From the IMG/VR virus record IMGVR_UViG_2061766007_000697: 64,000 nucleotides of DNA; one strand, given 5' to 3'. Position numbers and translations under genes: made by a program. The stretch comes from an uncultured virus (IMG/VR IMGVR_UViG_2061766007_000697). Lineage: Duplodnaviria; Heunggongvirae; Uroviricota; Caudoviricetes. Shown piece by piece: positions 19,486 to 32,518 of this stretch; positions within the stretch are counted from its first letter, which is position 1, and every line of letters starts with the position of its first letter. The notes below the pieces were generated by a model. The model ran no database searches, was not told the origin of the DNA, and saw only the letters and a program-made list of their open reading frames with translations.

Positions 19486-22400
19486 TCAATAGAAGTCATC
19501 ATAATCTTGTGTTACAACTGCGCAGTTCATACTGATAGCATCCTGGAAACGCTCAAAGTCACCACGAGGCCCATAAACTTCAGGTATCTCCTCTTCGTAC
19601 AGCGGTTCCAGTCTAGATGTGTCATAACGTCGGCCAACAGGCAGGTATGCGCCAAAGGTATCACCAATCTGTGTGCAGGCAAAGTTAACCGCATGTGCTA
19701 AGTCGTCGCTTTGACAGGCTTTGCGACCTATCAATATAACAACTTCGCGCCCTCTGATGTCTCTAGGATCTTCTACAAGCGCTAAGAAGTCACGTATTGG
19801 CTCAGACTCGTCATCGTGATTAAATCTGCGTACACGTATACGTTTGGCCTTGATGCCCGCGATACACATAGCCAGAGAACGACTCTTATCTGTTATATAA
19901 TAGCTAAGGTCTGNNNNNNNNNNNGACGCATCACATCACCACCACGAGGAGGCCCATACTGTTGAGGAATTACTTTGAGTCCTTGTATATCAGACAGACC
20001 TTCATGTTTCATGATCTCTGTTCTCACGAAACCAGCTCCACCATTATCGAAAGTAAAGGCATTAGCCTGGGTACCAACAATCCACGACATCAATATCTTG
20101 GCTTCTTCTGTGGGTGATACACCTTTGGGGATTCTCTCGCTGTAGAGAACATCCATAACCTGATTGTCTTTGCGTAATCCAACTACAGCAAATGCAGTAT
20201 AAGAATCACTGATAGCAGATCCACCGCCCCAGTCACACCCTATAGAAATATAAGAATAGTTTAGTGCAACCTTTCTTACATCGGCTGGTGNNNNNNNNNN
20301 NNNNNNNNNNNNNNNNNNNNNNNNTCGAATTCTGCATTAATAAGATCTGATAGTGTTAGCGGACTGGTTGCATCATCATAGGGCCATCCAAAGATTTCAT
20401 TTTGGAGGGTCACAGTAGGCAGTGTTTCCGTCTTATGGAGTAGTTTTCTCCACTTCATATCATTTATACTATGTATAGCATGAACGACTTGTGCCAAATG
20501 ATAAGATGGAAAAGTGAGTGATTTTTCAGGATATCCATGAACCCATCCGCCATGCGCTATTATTAGAGGTTTGCCGCATTTAGCACAAATAGGGCCATGT
20601 TTACCAATCATCTTTAGAAGATGCTGTTCCGGATTAGGAATATTAAAGAAGCCACAGGCATCGCAGCGAATAACCCACTCTGCCTGTGAGCTCATACTCC
20701 AAAGTCTTGCCAGTGTGTTGTCTGTTGTTTTGGGTGTTCCTGTGTAGATAGAGAAACCCCAGTTAATAGACGCAGACATGCACTCTTCAATAATAGGGAT
20801 AAATTCCCAATTCATATCTTGGCAGTTCTTAGAAAGAATACCGCTACCGAGAACATAGTTGTGTGTGCCCTCGACCTCTATATCATAGCCGGGGAGCACA
20901 CCAACATATTCAATGTTTACGATTCTGTCGAGGAAGAAGTCTCCAACCCATTCTGCATCTGCTGGTACAGGGCCCATGCTACAGGATCTTTCTGGATCAT
21001 CTTCAGGCGATCCTCCGCATGCTCGATTGCATAGATGTGAATGAACTCCAGCTGCTGCTCGCGCTTCATACTCTTCATCTTGCCAAACATATCCCTCCAG
21101 CAGATCCTCCGAGCAAATTCTTCCGGTTCGTTNNNNNNNNNNCTTTGCACGATAGGCTTTCTCTTGTGCTTTGCGTTCCGGTTTCTGTCGAGCAATCTTC
21201 TGCAGTTCCAGTGTGCGCTGATAACGCTCCGGGTCTTGTTTCTTGCGCTGATAATAACGAGAGCGTTCCTCTTTCAGCTGTGCCTCGTATTCCGGATCGC
21301 CCTTCTTGCTCTGGCGCCACTCCCGCTTCACAGCATTGATGTGATCCCTGTTGGCTTTCTGCCATGCGGCCATCTGTGCAGCTCTGTGGGCCTTCTGCTC
21401 TTCGGTCAGATTGGCACGATAGGCTGCCCCAGCAGCACGTAACTGCTCTCTGTGCGTCTCGCGGTACGCTGCTGCCTTGGCAAGAATCTCCTCCAAATGC
21501 TGCTGTCTGTATTCCAAGTAGTATTCGTGCTTGTTGGCTTTCGCATAAGCCTCTCTGCACTCTTTGCTGCAACATGGGGAACTGCCATTCACAGTAAATA
21601 CCTTTCCACAGTTTGGACACGTCTTCTCCACTACCTTCACCTTGTATTGCATGCATTCTGGAACAAAAGGTGAAATCAGGTTTGCTAGTGTAATATAGCC
21701 ATTCCTCGGAAGAAGAATTATATGGCTGAGATTCCCGGTACTGCTGTGTTTCACCATACATGGTTTTGCCTCGATTCCCCAACGAACAGTCAGCCACTGA
21801 CACAGAAGATTCACTTCCTCTTCCGAGAAGCTGTTTGTTGAGATTGCTCCTCCGTTCCTGTCTTTCCCACGACTCCCGTCGTCCATGAACCACCATGCGA
21901 GCGCAATCGGATGTGTGATCTCGTTCAAGTATTCCACAGTGGCTGNNNNNNNNNNNNNNNNNNNGGTGTACAAAGAGTGAAATATCGGAAGTGCCTTCAA
22001 AGTCAACACGACCCAGAAGTCCCCGTAACCTGGATTCTTTGTCACGAACGGAGGACGCGTAGCGAACTCTTGTAAGACTTCGTACTTGTGAATCACGTAG
22101 TCCTCTTGCACTTGACCATGATTCCAGCGAATTGACTGTGTGTGATCGCTGCTCTTGCGAAGAGAGGCATCTCCCAGAAGACTGCCCATGATCGCATTCA
22201 CCTGCTCCTCGGTCATCCCGATTGCAGCCGCTTGTTCTACTATAGATGTCATCTATAATATCTCCAACACGCATCGGACCATGGTCAGTAGGCAGAACGT
22301 GATCTGCCGTGCAGGTCAAAGAACGACCTGATTTGGTAGTGACTTTGAAGTAGTTTCTATAACCGTGGAAAGATGCGTTTTTTGTCACCACACTTATAGT

Positions 22401-23029
22401 AGCACTTCCATCACAGAAATTACACGATAGTATAAAATCGCCAGCCTTCACGTTTTTGACAGGAACCTTATTTAGTGTGCCAGACCACTTATCTATTACA
22501 TAAATAGGTTCATTCTCCCACACCGTTTCGTCCACGTAGACGGCAGAGGCTCCCGAAATGCCTCTCAAGCGATCTGGTGACATAAAGGCGTGCTCCATGA
22601 ATGTCATGGAGTTATTCTTGAACACCTTTAGTGTCATCTTACTCAATTCCGTAGATGTGATAAAGTTGTTTATAATCGGACAACTTCTTAAAAGCGGTTG
22701 ATAGATAGTATTATTCAATCGCTTGATCATCTCAAACTGGGGTTGTACTACAACGATATGATAATTAGGAATCAACATACTGCGCAAACCTGCGGATCCA
22801 CAAAGACTTACGCTCTTGCCATTCTGCCTCGAAAGCATAAAAAGAAGCTGTTGTGGCTGCACAACATTGAACATAGGAGCTAACTGNNNNNNNNNNNNNN
22901 NNNNNNNNNNNNNNNNNNNTTAATTTCAAACATAGGAAGGAGAGGAATCAACGTCTTCAATTCGCCAGTCTTTATTTTCGTATAAATTTCAGCGAACTGT
23001 TTCATTAAATATTTTGGTAAGGTGATCAT
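19486..23029 (-). CDS. terL: Terminase large subunit, intein-containing (joined across gaps)
   Basis: Walker A SRQNGKS; DRLRGIS; Walker B VYVDE|CQD; TGTPKT; CxxC zinc motifs; RNase H-like IGCDWGGG and DDLAHA. Confidence 0.9.
20825..22526 (-). mobile_element. Intein in terminase ATPase, just after Walker B
   Basis: N-terminal TVWENEPI...VKNVKAGD, block B TCTADH, C-terminal YDIEVEGTHNYVLGSGILSKN|C. Confidence 0.88.
20917..22252 (-). CDS. LAGLIDADG homing endonuclease with zinc finger and helical tail, in an alternative frame inside the intein
   Basis: IMGSLLGDASL and LAWWFMDDGS motifs; CPNCG...CCSKEC; own GGAG RBS and ATG. Confidence 0.85.
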
Positions 23030-23255
23030 AAATAACTTCCATTTACGTGTTTGATGCTTCTCCTAAAGTAACATAGGAGGATCAAGCATGTATTTTGTTA
23101 GTGTGATAAAGTTCTTGAGAGATAAAGCGATCGTACAGCCGGACCGATATCTGCGTAAAAATGCGTATGCCACAGGCGCCACACAAGAGCGCCGCAGGCC
23201 TGATCGCACAGATGTGGTACCTGCTAGAATCCGCAATAAGCCACTCTAAGGACTA

Positions 23256-23861
23256 ATGAAACATCCACTTCGCNNNNNNNNNNNNNNNNNNNNNNNNNNN
23301 NCCTTCTTTTTCGTAAACCCCCTAATCGTAGGCTCTGTGTATATCGCCTTGCTGATCATACGCTCTGCCTCCAAATGCATCAGCGACCTACCCTCACGCT
23401 TCATCTGCATGTCAATAGCGTGTCTGTCGCTGGCGTTCATCGCACCTTTCTTCTTCGTCGCATTTCCAGGATTCGCTGTATGTGCATTATTCGCGTTCAT
23501 ACTGATATGGTCGTTCGCATGGCACAACAAGGCACCGGCTAAGAAGCCACTCAAGCAGGAAGATNNNNNNNNNNNNNNNNNNNNNNNNNNNNNNNNNNNN
23601 NNNNNNNNNNNNNNNNNNNNNNNNNNNNNNNNNNNNNNNNNNNNNNNNNNNNNNNNNNNNNNNNNNNNNTCCGCGCACATTATGTCAGACGCAACATTTG
23701 AGTTGCTGGACAAGCTACACAAAGCTTACCGAGATATAGATTTCTTCAACTACGAAAAACTAGTGAGTGATGCCATTACCCATGCGGCTGCGCTCACTAA
23801 CAAAGGAGACACAAATGAACCAACCCCAGAAAACACTAGAAGACCTTCTCAGCGCAATTAG
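23256..23861 (+). CDS. Hypothetical membrane protein (gapped; possibly two genes)
   Basis: Hydrophobic helices; aagga RBS. Confidence 0.45.
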   Translation: MKHPLRXXXXXXXXXXFFFVNPLIVGSVYIALLIIRSASKCISDLPSRFICMSIACLSLAFIAPFFFVAFPGFAVCALFAFILIWSFAWHNKAPAKKPLKQEDXXXXXXXXXXXXXXXXXXXXXXXXXXXXXXXXXXXSAHIMSDATFELLDKLHKAYRDIDFFNYEKLVSDAITHAAALTNKGDTNEPTPENTRRPSQRN

Positions 23862-24054
23862 ATCCCTTGTACTGCGTGACATCTTCGACGATATCATGGA
23901 CGCAGACACAGCCGACATCTATGATGTGATCTACACATTCAAGAAGGTGTATCCCGACCAGTACCAGGAGTGCGTGAATGAAGCTATTGACATGGCAATC
24001 GAAGAAGGCGCCACAGATGAGCGTATCGCAATCTCAGGATACGAGAAGGCATGA
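23815..24054 (+). CDS. Hypothetical protein
   Basis: aaaggag RBS before MNQPQK. Confidence 0.6.
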   Translation: MNQPQKTLEDLLSAIRSLVLRDIFDDIMDADTADIYDVIYTFKKVYPDQYQECVNEAIDMAIEEGATDERIAISGYEKA

Positions 24055-24195
24055 ATAAATTCGCAACCGATGAGGACCGCAGACTTGCTGAGCACATGTT
24101 TAACAGGTCCATGCGACGGCTGATCAATCATTATAGAAACGACGACTCTATATCACAGGATATTGTAGAAGTCATAAACAATTATGAGAACTTAA

Positions 24196-25637
24196 ATGGA
24201 AAGGCCGAAAATGAAAACGACGAATACTAAACAAAAACACATCTGGGAAATCGACGACGTTGTATACTATCTGAACGAAACAGACAAAGCTGGCGATGTT
24301 CCTGAAATCAGCAAGGGTTACGTAGAGGAGATCAGACGTGACAGCATCCGTGTAAAGGAGATCTACAGCAACGGAGACTACAATCTCACATGGATTCCTA
24401 GAGAAGCGGCATGTACTGATATAAACGATCTCTGTAATTATGTGATCAACAACATCGAAGAACAGCGTCGCAAGTTCCTGAAGAAAGCATGACTGACTGG
24501 CATGTTGGTGATTTCGTCACCGTAGAGGTGCCTGTGGCAGGCGGCATAGAATATGCATATGGCTATATCAGAAGACTGTCTCCATACTCTATAGACGTGC
24601 AGATAAAGCGCGGTCTTGATTATGGTGAATCTGTTGTTCGTGTTCCATGGGGCGCCGTTTCACACTGCGGTGTGCCACAAGCGTTACAGGACGAATCTGT
24701 AACAATAATCCATGACCTTGACTGGATGAACAGAGATGTCAAACGATAAGCTATCACCGGGTGATCGTGTCGCTGTATTTTGCTATGATGGCGGCAGACT
24801 CTTTGGANNNNNNNNNNNNNNNNNNNNNNNNNNNNNNTGTGCAACCGTAAGCATTAATGTTGTACATCTTTCAGAGATACCTCATCATGAAGAAGATCCT
24901 GTAGTGGACATCATGGACAACATTCGGAGGAAAAACAAGTGCCAACAGAACGAGAGATCACACAAGGAAGCCGTGTCCGATTAACCGAAGCCTGGTGTGA
25001 TCTGTTTTAAACCAGGACTTATAGGATATGCCAGCACGATACGCGGTAGCCAATGCTATGTNNNNNNNNNNGGCTGGTGGTTTCCTGTCAGGATACTGGA
25101 ACTGTTGCCAGACGCTCATGGAGAGGTCAACATAATAGAAGACCTTAACGCCATCAATAAAGGTAAGATGCCAAATGAGTGCGTTTAAAGCCGGTGATAA
25201 AGTTGTAGTAAACAGCAGCTGGGGCAGATTTATGGGTATCATCGATGCTATAAATGCCTCCAATGTTCTTGTGTCATATATAGCAGAGAGTGGTGATGTG
25301 TGCAGCACCTGGTTCAATCTTGATCAAATAGCGTTGTATGATCCGCCTGAATTTGGTATCATAGGTGAGCATCATGCATAACTACAAGGTTGGCGAAGAG
25401 GTGCTTGTAATGCACAACAACGTCTTCAAGACACCTCTCTGGTATCCGGGCATAGTGATATGTATCAGTGATGAGCCTGACGATAAATGCCCCATACATG
25501 TACGAGTCCAGATATCACAAAATCCGCCAGAGTGTTATACGTGCTGGATGCCGCTGTATCGTGTCCAACCTAAACCAACATTTGAAATCATGGGAATGAC
25601 AAATGAAACCGTTAAAACAAATCATCCACATCCTTAA
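24196..25637 (+). other. Tandem array of six small SH3/KOW-like genes
   Basis: N-termini WEIDDVVY, WHVGDFVTV, LSPGDRVAV, FKPGLIG, FKAGDKVVV, YKVGEEVLV; mostly overlapping start/stop junctions. Confidence 0.6.
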
Positions 25638-26208
25638 TGCACTGGCTGACAATATTGCAGCAGAACAGCGCTGTATATTGCAACTGACTAAAGCAGTGGA
25701 GCGTTATATGGACCAGATAGACAAAGAAGCCTTCAGTCCTGAACTGGGTGATGAGGGCTTCTCTCCTATCGAGGCATTGAAGAAGCTGGTAACACCTAAA
25801 CCGGAATGGCCCGTAGGCAAAACCATAATGACAGAAGAGGATGCTAAGAAATATGGGCATCCTGTATGGTCAACGCTGGAAGTCAGGAACTGCTATGGTG
25901 AAATATGGGCAGAGCCCTGTTGTGCACATATACCAAGTAATGTTGCCTGCCCTAAGAATAATGCCGGTGAACTGAGGGTAGCGCCTGAACCCAATGATAT
26001 GGATATCAGGCCGGTGCAACTGGGCATCAACGGTAAGGACACGTATTTTGTGCCTAACACACATAAGGACAGCCAGGGAAGACAGCTGGGTGTGTTTTGT
26101 GACAACAGATATGGCATTAGCATCATAGGCGATACGATCAGCGCTTATCAGCACAACTATCCCAGTGAAGAGATCGAATCTATTACCAAAGAACTTCACA
26201 GGAAATGA
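25603..26208 (+). CDS. Hypothetical protein
   Basis: 201-aa ORF in operon context. Confidence 0.55.
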   Translation: MKPLKQIIHILNALADNIAAEQRCILQLTKAVERYMDQIDKEAFSPELGDEGFSPIEALKKLVTPKPEWPVGKTIMTEEDAKKYGHPVWSTLEVRNCYGEIWAEPCCAHIPSNVACPKNNAGELRVAPEPNDMDIRPVQLGINGKDTYFVPNTHKDSQGRQLGVFCDNRYGISIIGDTISAYQHNYPSEEIESITKELHRK

Positions 26209-26349
26209 TCACAGACGAAGAAATCGACGCAAAGGCCCTTCTGGCGTTTAGAAACAGCAAACCCGCCCAGACACCCATGTAAAACGCTAACCTAGGTTTA
26301 AATCGCTTGGAAATGCGTTGTATGGTGCCTGGCATATAAAAGGAGATGT

Positions 26350-26856
26350 ATGTACCAAGCATATATTAAACCGGACAGGCAGACATACACAAGACAAAAA
26401 GATCTGCCAGACATTAAATCACAGACACAAAGTCATGTGATCTACGATGAGAAAACCACACCAAAGACGCCGAGGCTGTTCAACAAGTTCAGAGGTCAAG
26501 CACACTATGTGCGTCGCTATATAAGGAACCTTGATGTGTTCACCAATACCAAATACAATGTCGCATCCACAAAGGGCGTTGTAGAAGGCTGTAGAGTGAA
26601 TGTAAAGGGTGTCTTGGAGGTAGCCATGTGTGGAAGCGCCTCGCAGGTCACAGTCTATGGTACACTCATAGTCGGACCAGGTGGTCATGTTGATGATGTC
26701 GTACTGAAGGGACATGGCAGACTTGTCGTGGAGCCAGGTGGAAATGCCAAGCGCGTCTATAAAGACGGCACCGATTGCAGCATCAGATGCAGTGATCAGG
26801 GTCATGTCACAGAAGCCAAATACAACAGAGTTTCCGGTTTTCCTATTAATATATAG
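26350..26856 (+). CDS. Hypothetical protein with beta-helix-like (AIDA-like) C-terminus
   Basis: aaggag RBS; GTLIVGPGG, GRLVVEPGG repeats. Confidence 0.55.
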   Translation: MYQAYIKPDRQTYTRQKDLPDIKSQTQSHVIYDEKTTPKTPRLFNKFRGQAHYVRRYIRNLDVFTNTKYNVASTKGVVEGCRVNVKGVLEVAMCGSASQVTVYGTLIVGPGGHVDDVVLKGHGRLVVEPGGNAKRVYKDGTDCSIRCSDQGHVTEAKYNRVSGFPINI

Positions 26857-27412
26857 ACGCGCCCGCGCGCAGAATTAGCTACTATAGTAGCTTTGAAATG
26901 AAAATACCACAAATGCCAAGAATACGCCCACTTGTGACTAAAGTCACAACCGAGTAACCGAACAGCTTTACACGCGTGTGTAATATTATATAGTTCCTTA
27001 TTAAGTGTNNNNNNNNNNNNNNNNNNNNNNNNNNNNNNNNNNNNNNNNNNNNNNNNNNNNNNNNNNNNNNNNNNNNNNNNNNNNNNNNNNNNNNNNNNNN
27101 NNNNNNNNNNNNNNNNNNNNNNNNNNNNNNNNNNNNNNNNNNNNNNNNNNNNNNNNNNNNNNNNNNNNNNNNNNNNNNNNNNNNNNNNNNNNNNNNNNNN
27201 NNNNNNNNNNNNNNNNNNNNNNNNNNNNNNNNNNNNNNNNNNNNNNNNNNNNNNNNNNNNNNNNNNNNNNNNNNNNNNNNNNNNNNNNNNNNNNNNNNNN
27301 NNNNNNNNNNNNNNNNNNNNNNNNNNNNNNNNNNNNNNNNNNNNNNNNNNNNNNNNNNNNNNNNNNNNNNNNNNNNNNNCAAAGCTATCCTATTGAAAGG
27401 TAACAACTTACA

Positions 27413-28739
27413 ATGAAAATAGCTAACAATCCAAACAGGCAACATGTTGTGACTACTGTCTTTGATTCAGACGGGGCTCATGAAACNNNNNNNNNNNNNN
27501 NNNNNNNNNNNNGACCCGGTGTACAGGAAACTTTCGATACAGAGAAGGAGGCTATGGCATCCTATGCAGAACAGAAGCCAGATCCTAGAATATTGTTTGT
27601 TGCCGACTGTCATATGAAACGCAGAACATGGACCAATTCCACTCTGCTTCAAGGAGATGCAACAGCTGCTCTGTCTTCTGTAATCACTAATGCTATGGCA
27701 ATAGGCTCAGATCCTGTGCGTACTATGGTGGTGGGCGGTGATCTGTTCGATAACAACAGGCCATCTTCCCAGGACCTTTGGGATGTCTCCAGGCTTCTGG
27801 CAATGTTCTACAATACGTACTACATCAGAGGAAATCATGACTCTGTGGTGCCTTCTTATCTGGAAGCCATAGAACGGCCTTCTGAATCTGACTTCATCTT
27901 CGGCAAGGTGACAGAATTATCAGTCGAGAGCTATAAAGACCATTGGCTGCCTTCATTCCATCGCTTGTCGAATCATGCCTATATCGCAGGTATTTCATGG
28001 ATGCCCTCTGNNNNNNNNNNNNNNNNNNGCAACAGTGGCCAAGTGGATCGCAGAGCGTGATGAGGAAGACATCCTGTATCTGGTGCTGCATTGCTCGTTC
28101 AAGCATTTGCTGGGATTCGATGGTGCCTATCAACTGGATGCCGATATGATCAGACAGCTTTGCGGCAACGAGAGGATCAACATACTGGTGGGTCATATCC
28201 ATACCAGAGATACGCTGGTTTATAATGATGTAGGCGCATATATCCACAGCCCGGGATCGTTGTATCCATTGTCGGCTGATAAGATGAACACTCCTTGCTA
28301 TGGGAGTCTTATCAGTGTGGACACAGGTCATATCATCGGCATACCCTGTAATGTCAGGCGCTATGTAACGATCAACATCAAAGAAGTCGATGACATCATG
28401 GGCTATCTGACGGAGAACAAGCTGCTTCCTGAAGACTGGAGGGAGAAGCCTACGTTCGTCACTGTGGTGGTGCCTGAGGATTATGATCAGCAGGTGGTGC
28501 TGCCGGAAACAGAGGATGCCGTATTCAAGATCGATAGAAGACTTGCAGCCAGGACTGTAACTGTACAATCTGTCAACAACGTCTATACTATCCGGGATGC
28601 TGTTAGGGAGGAAATCCAAAACGAATCCAACAGGGATATGATTCTCGAGATGGCTGAAGAGCTGCTTGCGTCTGATGACCCTGTGGGGACGCTGGATGAG
28701 TGGTTGACATTCTGGCAAGTGAGGAAAGCACCATGCTGA
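27413..28739 (+). CDS. sbcD: SbcD/Mre11-family nuclease
   Basis: Metallophosphoesterase motifs ADCH, GGDLFD, RGNHD, LH, GHIH, SPGS. Confidence 0.88.
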
Positions 28740-30774
28740 CTGTAACAAGACTGAAGCTTAGCAACATCTGCCAATATGACGAGATCGATATTCCTATCGA
28801 AACGGGGCTTATGGCAGTTTGCGGTCGTAATGGCTCTGGCAAGTCAACGCTTCTAAGGGGTTTGATGTATGGCCTTACCGGATTGGTCGATGGTTCTTGG
28901 GGTACGCAGGCTAATCTGCAAAAGGATGGTTGTATCACTCCCGGTTATGTCGTGGTCACCCTAAAGGACGATCAGACTAACAAAGAGTACATCGTGAAGC
29001 GTTATTCTACTGCTGGTAACAAATTTGCCGACAGCGTTACAGAGTTCCAAAATGGTGAATACCAAGAAGTGGCCACCAGACGTAAGACTGTGGATGCTTA
29101 TCTTGGAGAGCTGTATGGGATATCGTGTGCCTTGTTGTTCCAGTTGTGTTGGGGCAGACAGGGGCAGCTGGATATGCTTCTGACAGCACCAGCCGCGTAT
29201 GTCAGCACCTTCTTATCGGGTGTCTGGAATACGAAACACCTGGAAACGCTCAGAGACAGACTCAAGACAGCTATCGATCAAGTGGCAGTAATGGCTGATC
29301 CCATGCAGGATATCACCAATGCTGCTGTTGAGAAGCACACGCTGGAAACAAAGCTCAAGGATCTGGTGCCGAGCATCGCCAGTCTCAGAGAACAGCACAA
29401 AGATCTGGAAGCTGAAAAGGAAACCTATGAATCCGAAGCCAGCAAAAATACGCTTGAGGATGCAAAGAAGGTAGCCACACTCACAGAACGACTGGCAGTT
29501 GTTGAGAGCAACATCAACACATGGCTGCAAGAACTCGAGAACGCAGATCTGGACGCAGTTAAGGACCTGACCGAGCAAGAACTCACGCAGGCCTTTAACG
29601 TGGCTCAGAAGGCCCTGGAAACGCATTCTAGGACGGCTTCTGAATCGGTGGTGTCTTTGAATTCGCTGAATGTTTCTATACAGACGGCAAAAGCCACCAT
29701 AGCATCGCTTCAGGAAGAATATAACCGTGTAGTTGATGAGCACACCAGAGTTCTTAACCTTATCGGCAGCGAATCCGATACTTGTGCGTTCTGCGGACAT
29801 CACCTTGACAATAAAGGTGCCTATGTGCAGAATACGCTTATGGTGCTCGGCTACTACGACGAGGAGACGGCTACGGACACTTTCAGCCAGAAAGAGGAAG
29901 ACCTCAGACAGCAGATCGATGCCACAAACCGTCGTATCGGCGATCTTGAAGCAGGCCGCGAGCAAATACGCAAAGAGCATGACAGCGCCAAACGAATGGC
30001 CGAGCAGGATAGCGCGCAGCTGGAATCCATCAACAGCAAACGCTATACAGTGCAATGTCTTACCAAATATGCTGCAGTTATTGATAAGCGTGATGCGCTG
30101 AAGGCAGAGCTTGATAAGTATGCTAAAAATGCAACTTCCGATGAGCTGAGTGCTAATATAACACGAGTTAGCCTTGCTATCTGTGATGTGGAAGACCTGA
30201 TCAATGTCAAAGAAAAAGAGCGCGTGTCTACTGAAGCACGTATACAGGCACTCAACGAGATCATCAACAGGCTTGAAGCAGAGAAGGAACAATACGACGT
30301 CAATTGTTCAGCTCGCTCTATGCTGGTGTTGCTTCGTGATGTGTTTTCTCAGCAGCGTGCACAGGCTCGTTATTTTGCGTCTAAGGCTGGTGAATTGAAT
30401 GAGCATCTGGCTGCTTTTCTGGAGCTTACTGGTATGCCATTTAATCTGCGGCTTGATCCAGATACTAGACTATTCAGTTATACGACCGAAGGCGGCTTTG
30501 AGCATCCTACCGCACATTTGTCTGGCGCACAGAAGAACATTTCTGCTGTTGCCTTGCAAATGGCGTTGGTGGAGGTTATTCGGCCTAATATCAATTTGTT
30601 CTTGTTCGATGAGCCAAGCGAGAGTTTGGATGTGGAAAACAAGATCGTTATGGCGGATCTCTTCAGGCGCATGAATCGTATGCTGCNNNNNNNNNNTCCA
30701 GAGATGAGCAGCTTATCGAGAGCTGCGAAAACGTAATAAATATTAACTCCAAAGAGGAGAGCAACAATGACTAA
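28733..30774 (+). CDS. sbcC: SbcC/Rad50-family ATPase
   Basis: GRNGSGKS, coiled coil with CAFC zinc hook, LSGAQ signature, LFDEP. Confidence 0.93.
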
Positions 30775-30957
30775 AGACAAAGTAATAGTTAAACCATTTA
30801 AGGTTACTGTCCATGAACGTGGCGGTAAGTACGACTGCATCGAGGTGACAGTTAAATGCCCGTATTGCGGTGAAGAGCACACGCACGGTTTTAGCACTGG
30901 CTATAGAGCCACAACGTGCAAGAAGCAGGGCCAGCCTGATTATTGGCTCGATTGTGA
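30767..30957 (+). CDS. Small zinc-binding protein (end in gap)
   Basis: CPYCGEEHTHG; gaggag RBS. Confidence 0.55.
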
Positions 30958-31036
30958 NNNNNNNNNNNNNNNNNNNNNNNNNNNNNNNNNNNNNNNNNNN
31001 NNNNNNNNNNNNNNNNNNNNNNNNNNNNNNNNNNNN

Positions 31037-32518
31037 CAGGATCGGCGAATACACACTGAAGTTGCGCAAGACACCCGAGGAGATGAAGGCAGAGAAGGAA
31101 CGACTACGTGCTCGATTTGGTGGTAAGCCCAAAATCAATCCTATGAAGTACGAAAAAAGCACTGTCATAGAGCATGATGCAGATGATCCAAATACTGTCT
31201 ATTTCCTGCCTGGATTATGGCCACGAGTTAAGAAGTGGTTTGAGGATCACAATGTCGAGTATGAGATAACTGCTGACAATAGGGATCCAAAGATAAGACC
31301 TCCGATTGATGTCGAAGCCATAAAGGATGTGCAGTTCCGTAAGGCGCAAGATGTTGCATTGGCTTTGATAGCTACTTCGGATTGTGGAATAATTGAGGCT
31401 CTAACGGGTTTTGGCAAGAGCTATTTGTTCGGTGTTATATGCAAAGCATTTCCAACTTTGAACATTTTGATCACAACAGATTCGACCTCCGTGATCCAAA
31501 CAATCTATACATATCTGTGTCAGCAAGTGCCCGGTCAGGTAGGTATATTGATGGGAGGGAAGAACACAACACACGGAAAACGTATAGTTGTGAGCACTAT
31601 CAAGAGCCTTTGTAAAATCTCAGAAACCTCTGTCAATCTGTTACTTGCAGATGAATGTCACTGTGTCAATGCGGGTACATATGGCAAAGAAATCATGCGT
31701 TTCTGCTGGGCCAGAAAGTTTGGGTTCTCTGCATCACCTATACGTAATGATGGTAGTCAGCTGGTGCTTGAATCGATATTCGGGCCAACTGTGCTGAAGC
31801 TTGATTATGACGAAGGTGTTGATGAGGGCATGGTGGTACCAATGCGTTATGCTATGCTGCCGTGTAATTGGGCTCCATCTATCTGTAATAAGGAAGGCCT
31901 CAATGATGTGCTACTCAAGCGATATGCTTATTGGCGCAACAAGGTACGAAACCAAGCAATAGCGGACTTTGTTAAACACTTGAATAAGGTTGCTCCGGAT
32001 GCCCAGGTGCTCCTGATTTGCAGCACGCTTGAGCATTGTATTGCGCTAAATATGATGCTTCCAAACTACAAGGTACTCTATTATGGAGCTACCAGTATGG
32101 CAGATATGGANNNNNNNNNNNNNNTCCAAACCTTGATCTCACACAGTATAAGATGACACAGAAACAACTGGATATAGGGAGAAATGCCTTTGCCAAAGGA
32201 ACATTGAAGAGGGTTATTTCAACTATGATCCTTAAACAGGGTGTCAATGCCCCAAATCTAAGAGTCCTTATTCGATGCGATGGTGCCACATCAAAAATCC
32301 TAGGAATCCAGATACCGGGAAGATTAGCACGATTAGCAGAAGGCAAGGACTGTGGTTATCTTATAGATGTCTCTGATGGTGGCAGTCCATGGACTAAACG
32401 CAGGGCTGATTGCCGCGAGGCATTATATAAGGAACAAGGTTGGACCAAAATAACACCAGAGGATGTCCTCCATGATTTCATCGGACAGGCTACGACAGAC
32501 AATACAGAGCATACTTGA
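31037..32518 (+). CDS. Superfamily 2 helicase (UvsW-like; start in gap)
   Basis: TGFGKS, ADECH, SAS, QIPGRLAR. Confidence 0.88.

Noticed and set aside
26850..27008. 16-bp palindrome agctactatagtagct (26877-26892) as origin or operator
   Set aside because: Single short palindrome beside a 370-N gap; insufficient support
29213..30292. Long antisense ORFs over sbcC and similar (43269-44348, 53724-54776)
   Set aside because: Shadow frames of well-supported plus-strand genes, with no motifs or RBS noted
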